Shown: positions 55,516 through 64,000 of the stretch, piece after piece
Layout: the number at the start of each line of letters is the position of its first letter
Numbering within the stretch: the stretch's first letter is position 1
Assembly (NCBI GenBank): GCA_964016885.1
Contig: OZ024740.1
Span: 43,710,001 to 43,774,000, forward strand
DNA length: 64,000 bases
Reading direction: 5' to 3'
DNA from: Eledone cirrhosa
Lineage: Eukaryota
Notes under the pieces: generated by a model
Seen by the model: the letters and a program-made list of their open reading frames with translations, nothing else
What the model was told of the DNA's origin: nothing
Databases searched by the model: none
Position numbers and translations under genes: made by a program

Positions 55516-55559
55516 TAAAAGCGTAATAAAGGAAAATTTGAAACTAAAAGACATCCTAC

Positions 55560-55995
55560 ATTTTGTATTAATTCACATGTCCCACCTACTGTCATATACG
55601 ATTGAGCGAAACGATATGCCTTTCTTTTACGAAGAACCCTTGGATCTGCTTCGACGAATGAGCGGAAGCGTTGTCTTGGTGCAGCTGCCAGCTTGCGAGG
55701 CCTACAGTTCTAGTTTCTTGCATCGAACTACATTACAAAGACAGAGAAATTCCTGGCAGCACTCTTTTGTAACTGTTTGTCCTTCTCGTGATGCTTAACA
55801 ACACAGAAGCCGAAGAATTCAGGCAGCATCACCTTCATTTTGCTCCGAATATGGCGTGCATTTTGGGGCTTTGGTGACATTGGAAACGTCCACTTTGATG
55901 ACTGTATTTTGGTTTCCAGGTCGTACCCATATAACCGCATCCCATCTCCAGTTTCACGGTATTCAGGAACTCCGGATTCTTTTTGGCAGCCTCAA
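55560..55995 (-). mobile_element. Mariner transposase remnant
   Basis: YGYDLETKIQSSKW...SPKPQNARHIRSKMKVML, matching the mariner WVYGYDPETK..SS.W region. Confidence 0.8.
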
Positions 55996-56069
55996 GCGAA
56001 ATGAAAATACGACGGATAAAGCCGGATACTGTTTCGACTCCCCTCGTATGTATGTATGTATGTATGTAT

Positions 56070-57160
56070 GTACCATGTTTTTAGTCCTGCAGGATGTCCA
56101 AAGTCACCCTCCTCACCAAGAAACCTTGGTGGGGTTGCCAGTTTAGTCGCCAACGATCCGACCACGAGACAGGTTGTACCAACTGGTAACATGTATCCAA
56201 AACCTGTCAAAGGGCAAAGGAGCTCTTAAGAGTCAATGGCCATCCAAAATCACCGGGAGAGATGACCCCTTAGCCTTTGTCAAGGCAGAATTCTAGGAGA
56301 AGGAAAACTCTGATATAACACCTACAACCCTGATGGTATCCAATGATGTTGACTTGTTCTTCTTTTTGGTAAATATCATCTTGGTTAAGAGAGTGGGATT
56401 GGCTTTGTGCAGTGCCTTTGCTCACTATAAAAGCTTCACGGCACAGGCATTGCTTTGTATCTGGAGATCTCTCTGCACTTGTCGTCATATAGTACCATGG
56501 GCCCAGCACTATGTGTCAATAATTGTCACAAGTGTAGTGTTTGTACCAGAGTTTTCAAGTCGCTGGCTGGACTAAAAAGTCACACTTGTTTAGCGCATCG
56601 GTAGGGGTTCTCCTACATAGATATAAAGTAGTGGCCGCACTCGAAAACGAGTTGGCAGCCACCATGTATGTATGTATGTATGTATGTTTGTATGTATGCA
56701 AGGTTGCTCTCGAATGCTACTGGAAACATGCAACCCAGTACAACCTGTCATGGTCGGTCGTCGGTGACTAAACCGGCAACCCCATCAAGCTAGGTTGATA
56801 TTTGGACACCCTGCTGGATGAAATAAAGACTCGGCAAAGGGTGGAGGAACTCAGTAGAGTCTACGGCCATCCAAATAGTACTTTATTTTTCACCTGGGAG
56901 TGAAAGACCCCAGTTGTTATCACAACACCTTTCTAGGAGAGGGAAACACTGAAAGAAAAAAAATGCCATGACTTTGGAAGCATCCGTTAATGTTGACCAG
57001 TTCTCCTTTTCGGGTAGTGTTTTGGATGCTCAGAGAGCGGGATTGATCGTGTGCAAGGCATTTCCCCACTTAAAAACTTTCAAAGCGCAGGCATTGCTTG
57101 TTCAGGATCTGTTACAAGAGATTGCAATATTCGTAGCAGAGTTTGCAGTCATCATCATGT
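56070..57160 (+). mobile_element. Two bipartite RTE-derived elements in (TATG)n (56070-56663 with inverted 5' part; diverged relative 56700-57160)
   Basis: Homologous to 42474-43088. Confidence 0.75.
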
Positions 57161-57649
57161 AGGCATGTACGTACGTATGTATGTATGTATGTATGTATGT
57201 ATGTATGTATGTATGTATGTATGTATGTATGTATGTATGTATGTATGTATGTATGTATGTATGTATGTAGGTACGTACGTATGTATGTATGTATCTATGT
57301 GTTTATGTGTGTATATGGACTGTACATGTGTCAGGCTGCATTTTTCTGTAAATTACATTAAGGCTACATGTATCTGTAGAATATCAACCTATTTGCGCTT
57401 TAAATTTACAAGTAGGGTAAAACATATTTAGTTGGGTTTACGTTTGGATTTTATTCAATTTATTTTTCATGGAAACGCCATATTTAACAATTCCGCCAAC
57501 CTATCTAAACTGAATACTTTGTTTATCGACCCCGAACGGATGAGAGGCAATGTTGACCATAAAAGGATTTAAGAGTAAACGTCAGAGAACCGGAAAAAAA
57601 TAACACAAAACATTTAATCCAACACTTTAACAACTTCATAGAGTGCGTA

Positions 57650-57930
57650 GTTAGGAGATCAGGTAGAATCGGTACTTCTCCGAAATGAGGGATCACAACT
57701 CTGATACCATGTGTATGTGGCTAGAATGTCTGAGGAAAGAATCGTTGGACAGAAATTACGAGCAAAACTAAACGGCAGGAGACACAGAGTTACACCTCGA
57801 GCAAGATCCATGAGCTCGGCTGGTCTCGCTTGGGCATATAGCAGGATAAATTGGAAGCGGTTGCTTCAGACAGGGTCCACTGGAAGGTGTGCTTGAGGAC
57901 TCTGTCCCCAGGACCCTCCCAGGAATAATA
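57650..57930 (+). mobile_element. RTE-like LINE 3' fragment
   Basis: VARMSEERIV...GRRHRVTPR...A.DRVHW across frames. Confidence 0.55.
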
Positions 57931-58029
57931 GATAGAAGAAGGAGAAGAAGGAGGAGGAGGCTTGAGACAGACTTTCGACGTTTTAGATATTCTGTTGTTT
58001 TTTCATATTAATTATTTCTAGATAATCCT

Positions 58030-58335
58030 GTGTAATGAACTTTCCCCGTTTGCAACGAGAAGGGTTCCAATCTATTCGCTCAATGGAACAGCCTGTTCAG
58101 ACAAATGGCTGAACATTCTCTAGACAGTTTTCGGGGAGAATCAACAAGACATAGGATGTAACATATCTGACCTTTTGGATTATAGCTTAAATTGCCTTTT
58201 TTCCAAGCAAAGAGGATGAAAACAACAAGATATAACGTATCTTACTAATGCGAACAATGCGCCGTTGGGAATCGAACTCACAATCTTACAATCGCGAGAC
58301 AAACGCTCTAATAACTAAGCTACGCGCCTTCACAA
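58030..58335 (-). mobile_element. SINE, family 2, degenerate
   Basis: Reverse complement of a tRNA-like head (gggaatcgaactcac...taagctacgcgccttcac). Confidence 0.65.
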
Positions 58336-58699
58336 AGACGATCGTAAAACGTATCACATGGATGCTGTTTCTATTTACACATTAACACCCACGGTAAAAC
58401 GTGAATGATCGGGTAAAATTATGAAACATCTCAACTAGCTGAAATATTTATTGATTTAAGGTGTTTTTAAACCTCTAATATAGACATTTGACAAGCTCCA
58501 GAGTATAGAACCTCTATCTTTGATGGTGTTTTTGTTTTACAACTATTTTATTTATTTTTATTTTTGTTAGATCTAATTAGGTTTATTTACAATAGTTTAT
58601 AACTTTTCCTTTATTTACAATAGTTTATTACCTTTCCTGAGCTGAAAGGTAAATTTATTTATTAATGTATTTATTTATTTATTTATTTATATAATTTGT

Positions 58700-61600
58700 T
58701 TAAGCGTCCGTGCAAAACTGGTAAGCCATAAAAGATTGAGCTGGTGCATATTACCCGTTGTATATAAGAAAAACCTAATGGGCCGAGTGAGAGAAGAAAA
58801 CTAAAATGAAAAAAAGAAAAATGGGTGAAAGGAAAGACGAAGAATAGTTAAATGTTTCTTTTGTTAAGGATGATTAGGGTCGCTACGGACACCTATAAGT
58901 CCTTAAAGGAAAACTTTGCTGAGGACGTTGGGAATATGTGTGTTAAAACAACGAACCGCGTCCTCTTGAAACGTTTCCCCACCCCAACCCCCAGACACCC
59001 ACACCCTACCAGACAGCCCCTCCCCACCAAACATCTCCGTCCCCACCCCACCAGGAACCATCACCCTACCAAACAACCCCTCCAACACCCCCATGGACAT
59101 TGTGCAGCCTGGTCCCCAGGAGACGAAGAGGTGAGTAACTTCTTTTGCTCTTCTTTTAACTTTTCAGCACCAACATGGCCAATATAAGAGTTGGATGTGT
59201 GAATATACGCAGCCTGGAGTTGCCCTGGAAACAGAGCAAACTCTTAAACGACTCCAGGTCGCACAATATGGATGTAGTAGCCATTTGCGAGTTCAGGATA
59301 CACAGCGAGCGACAGCTGGCCTCCATCTTCGACGACTTTGAGATCTACGCATCTCTCTGTCAGCCGGGGGTGGGGGAGGGGTTGCCGTTTTGCTGCGGAA
59401 ACACCTGGACCTCGTAACACAGACGATACATCTGGACCCGGAGGGTCGACTGGTGGTCCAAGACGTTGACGGCAGTGAAGGTGGAGCCTTCAGGCTGGTG
59501 GCCGCATATGCCCCATCCGGGACACTGTGGCCAGACTTCTTCGAACGTCTAGAGACTTTTCTGGGAACGTCCCGCTCCTTGCTTTTAGTGGGGGACTGGA
59601 ATGGAATCCTAGATGCACGTTGGGCCTATGTGGGAGCATGTCCCGATAAAGGGGAGTGTAACAGCCTCAAACAGTAAAATCGGCCGATTTGACCTGGCCG
59701 ATAGATATCGACTAGATTTTCCGACTGTGCCACTGTGGACGTGGACTAATCGCAGCGGAACATCTAGATCGTACCTAGATAGGGTTCTAGTTAGAAATAA
59801 AGATAGGGACATGTTAAGCTGTCCACAAATGTTCATGGTTGCCTATTCAGATCACAAACTAGAGATCTGCATGGTCAACCTTGATAGAACCCATAGACAA
59901 CGATCCGGCTACTGGAAGCTGAACTTGTCGTTATCGACATGCAAAGACTACAGTAGACGGATTAGCACTTTAGTTAAACAGCACTTGACAGGGGCTATTG
60001 TCAACAACAGATGGTGGTACTCTCTCAAGAGGGCAGTTAGATTAGACTTGTTAGTTTTTAGTAAAGAATTAGCGTTAAATAGAAATAGGAGTGAGAAGGA
60101 ACTGATAGATAAAGTAGAAGAGGCAATTAGAAGTGGCAACCTAGCCAGCGTGCTAGCAAGGAGAACGGCCTTGGACCAGTTCTTCGACGCAAAGCACGAG
60201 GGCTGCGTTGTCAGAAGCAAAATACGTGCTCTGGGTAACGAGGGAGCCAAAGCTGTTAGCTGCTCCTGGGTGATGGAGGCGAAAAGTAGCAACAAGTCCA
60301 CGTTTCGCTCTTTGAAGGACCAAGACGGACGCGTGATACGTGAGCCGAAGCAGATGTGCGCGGCCTTTCAGCGGCACTTTGCTCAGCTGTTCGGGCAGGG
60401 CGGCGCGCCGGAAGGGGCTATGGATTCCGGTCAATACCTTGACGGCCTACCGCGACTCTCGGACAGCGAGGCGAAGTTCTGAGAAAAGCCGCTTTCAGCC
60501 GCTGAGATAGTGGACGCTCTGAGCCAATACGGCAAACGCAAATCTCCAGGTCTCAACGGTCTACCCTACGAATTTTACGTAGCAATGCCGGATTTGATCT
60601 CCGGTGTCCTGGAAGCGGTCTACTGCAACTGGCAGCAGAACGGGAGAATTCCCAGTTCTGTGACCAGGGGTGTAGTCACACTAGTCAGGAAGGACGAGAA
60701 TAAGGTGGATGACATAGGCAACTTCCGGCCCATAACTCTGCTAAACACAGAGTTACAGATTTTGTACAAGATGTTGGCAAAGAGGCTGGCGCTTACCGTC
60801 GAAAACCTGGTGGGAGAAGGGCAGACATGCGCAATCCCGACCAGGTCCATATACGACAACCTCCACCTCATGCGATGCATCATAGAGAGGGTAGGGTGTA
60901 AACCCGGCTTCGGTGGGGCCCTGATCAACTTGGACCAGTCTAAGGCTTTCGATAGGGTTGACCATCGTTACCTGGATGCGGTGCTCGAGGCGGCAGGCTT
61001 CGGACTCGTGTTCAGGGGCTGGATTGCTGCAATGCACAACAGCAACACATGCTCAAGGGACAAGGTGAATGGGTACTTCCCAGAGCCGTTTGCAATCACG
61101 CGATCCATTCGACAGGGATGCCCTCTCTCCTCGCTTCTATACGTACTGACTCTCGAGCCACTACTGCCGAAGTTGGAGCTATTGCAGGGAATCCCTCTGG
61201 AACCGGGACTGACGAGCACCTCGCAAATCGAGGAAGTCGGCACCTTACTGAAGGAATACGAAAGGTTCACAGGAGCGAAGCTGAACCGGGACAAGTCCAT
61301 CGGTTTGCAACTCGGATCGTGGAGAGGCAGACCGATGTCTTCCGATGTCGTCGTCGGACGCTGGACGGAAGGACCGGTAAAGCTGCTCGGGGTCTGGTTT
61401 GGTCCGAACCTCCAGGTGGAGAAGAACTGGAAAGAGGTGACGGCCAAGGTGTTTGCACTCACTCAGAAGTGGGCCGAGCGCAAACTATCTTTGAAAGGTT
61501 GAGCGGAGGTGGCGAACACTTTTATAGCGTCCGTCATCTACTACTGCTTGACCGTCGTGCCTTGTCCAGCCAAAACGCTCACCAAAATGGAGCGCGCGCT

Positions 61601-62797
61601 CTTCCAATTACTTTGGAGGAAGCGGGCTCCTTTGGTGAGAAGATCCATCTGCTGCTAACAACCTTCAAACGGAGGGCTGGGGGTGCAGTGGCTGACGATG
61701 CGCAAATACTTACTCAGGCTGCGGCACCTCTACGTATTCCTCACCGGACAACCGGTGTGGGCCCCGTTCATGAGGCGAGCATTCCCACGACTCGTCTCAC
61801 TGACCGAGCTGCAGTCCTGGGTCAAGCAAAGACCGAGGAAAATGGGTGACTGGCACATCGAATGTACTCAGGCGCTCACAGCCCTCTGGCAGGCGGACCC
61901 GGCGATCAGTGGAGACTCCACTTCATCATTCTATAGAGGGTTGGTGGGCAGCAAGTGCGACGACGATCTCGGAGAAACTCTGGGCGTTGAGGAAGAGGAA
62001 CTGGCCAGTCTGTTCGTTATATCCTTCCGCCCGGGATCTATGCACAACTTTCAAAGGTCCCTGGCCTGGCAGTGCTACTGAGTAGCTTTACCAGTTCGAG
62101 ACAAGCTCTACAGACACGGGCGCCCAGGCAGGGACCCTTCGAAAAAGATCTGTCCGAGATGCGTGCGCGACGAGGAAACCGTCGCACACGCATTTGTACA
62201 CTGCCCGGGCGTTACCAACCTGTGGGGCTATGTAGAACGGCTATTGTCGTGGGTGGAACCGATCCAGTTGACGACCGAGTCCATTGTCATAATCAAACTG
62301 CCACCCTCCTTCAAAACGAAGGAGAGGCGATTTTCCTTTGTGCGATAGCTATGGCGAAAGAGGTTGTATGGTGGACAAGGTTAAAAGGGCTGAGGTCAGG
62401 CACCTTTCTCTCCGGCCATCAACTGATTCTTTTTTTCAAATACCACTTTGGAAGAAGAATCAGGATGGAGAGAGAGGTGCTGTACCCCAGCAAGTTTTAT
62501 GAAAGGTGGGTGAAAGTAGCGATAATGGCCCGAGTGAATGGGCCTTCTCTCAATATCAGCCTGTAGGTTGAGGAAAATGAGGAAGAGAGAAAAGGGGTAC
62601 AAACTCTTCGTACTTCTGGAGATGAGGGTTGCACATTTTTGGGGAGGTATGTGTTACCCATATGAAATGTCTCCCCCTATTGGGGAAAATCGATTAACAT
62701 TTACATTTGTGATAATATTTTACCCGTTTTTATTGTATGTAAACTTCACCTTTTGTATTTGTCCCCTTCTTTTGTGCCCCTGTGGCTAATAAAGAAA
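58700..62797 (+). mobile_element. Tx1 LINE copy D (ORF1 largely deleted; ORF2 59175-62566 frameshifted, YADD region deleted)
   Basis: APE, RT and CCHC fragments homologous to 3884-7264. Ends GTGGCTAATAAA followed by (TATC/TATT)n. Confidence 0.9.
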
Positions 62798-62904
62798 CAT
62801 ATCTATCTATTTATCTGTTTATCTATCTGACTATGGTATCGAATACAATGTATTATGATATAATGTAATATAATATAATATAATATAATAGTTCAAATTT
62901 TCTA

Positions 62905-63738
62905 TCTATATATATAAAACTGATGATGTGTGTGTGTATGTCCGTACCCACATAACTTCTCCATCCTATCCGCCTTCTCCATCCCCGGCGGACAGGATGG
63001 AGAAGGCGTTTCCCCGGAGGATGGTAAGGGTGATGCGCTGGAAGAGCCATTCCAACTCGCGAGGCTCACACATGCGGCTGGTCAGCTCAGCGCCTATGGT
63101 TGTGAATAGGGTGGTAGCCCTAGGGCCAAGGACACCAGAATTCCTCACTGCCAAGGGCACGACCGCGAATCTGTCGGAGAGCGACCGGCAAGAAATCGTT
63201 CTCTCGCTCCACATAACGGCGTAATTATCCTCGCTTTTTCCCCATTCATTGCCAGGGAACGTCTTCACGAACCAAAGTATCGTCTTCCTGTTTTCCTTCG
63301 GTTGTAACGTTTTTCGAAATATTTACTTTTGCGTCCACCGATTGATTGTTTTTTAGTTTCAGAAGATCCCATTAAGAGTGAAAGCAGCGATTCTTTGCTT
63401 AAACTTTAATCCGTTCTTATAATATATATATTCTAAATCATATGCTTTCAGTTCCTTAGAGGAGTAACATCACACTCTTGATGTGAGCATATAAGTTCTG
63501 GAGTTCGCAACCGATTTTATCCAAACTTAGCACATGGGCTACGTATATTCTACCGATGAATTTGAACACTCAGAATTGGCACATATTGAGTAGGGGACCC
63601 CTGGAGACAGGAACACGTTTTTGGAAAAAGCTGATGATTTTGTACAATTATAGTTTTCGAAGAAGCACTGAAGTATTGACATAAATGCTATACATGACTG
63701 CTATTTAATACCTGAGCAACGCCTGGTACCTCTGCTTG
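62905..63738 (+). mobile_element. Probable non-autonomous Helitron with a nested CRE-like insertion
   Basis: A|TCTATATATATAAAA..(TG)n 5' end; 3' GAGCAACGCCTGGTACCTCTGCTTG|T, a variant of the CTAG end; motif similarity recalled, not searched. Confidence 0.6.
62957..63208 (-). mobile_element. CRE-like RLE LINE 3' fragment with a 9-bp TSD (CCACATAAC)
   Basis: FAVVPLAV..GVLGPRA...WLFQRITLTILRGNAFSIL. TSD at 62948-62956 and 63209-63217. Confidence 0.75.
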
Positions 63739-64000
63739 TAATATATATATTTCTAGCTATTATGCTTGGTGGGTTCTAGAAAATAACGGCACCCCCAGCC
63801 CTACCAGCCCTTTAAAAGCCTATTTTAGAATGCTCTCTCTTTCAGACGGGTCATTTTTGTATTAAATCTAATGATGCCATTCAATGTTTGTATAGTCTCG
63901 AGAAGAATGTAATGGTGATTCCAAACGACCTGTTCGTGATATGAGATAATTTAAAGGAATACGGACTGTTTGAAGCCAACAAACTCTCTTTGTTTGTTAA

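Overview
Repeat-dominated, AT-rich eukaryotic DNA with no host protein-coding gene that I can support. The SINE families and microsatellite load suggest a mollusc, probably a cephalopod; this is inference. Most of the window is retroelements: five Tx1/L1-clade LINE copies (one with a nearly full-length open 1126-aa ORF2), four R4/Dong-like RLE LINEs, CR1, RTE and CRE-like fragments, bipartite non-autonomous RTE elements, a Penelope-like (RT + GIY-YIG) remnant, two mariner remnants, a probable non-autonomous Helitron and many tRNA-derived SINEs. The main signal not captured by the ORF track is RNA structure. I folded by hand five complete type-I hammerhead ribozyme motifs (14400-14533 -, 24111-24176 -, 24310-24375 +, 24570-24640 +, 50234-50283 -) plus degenerate or half copies. 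They sit in short modules next to (TA)n tracts, several inside long near-perfect palindromes, and look like a Penelope-driven, retrozyme-like family. Other observations: an HDV-like ribozyme candidate at 17140-17217, head-to-tail LINE chains joined by (AAT)n, a splice-donor consensus just upstream of ORF2 in every Tx1 copy that retains that region, and a strong minus-strand bias of LINEs. All folds and alignments were done by eye and no database searches were run.
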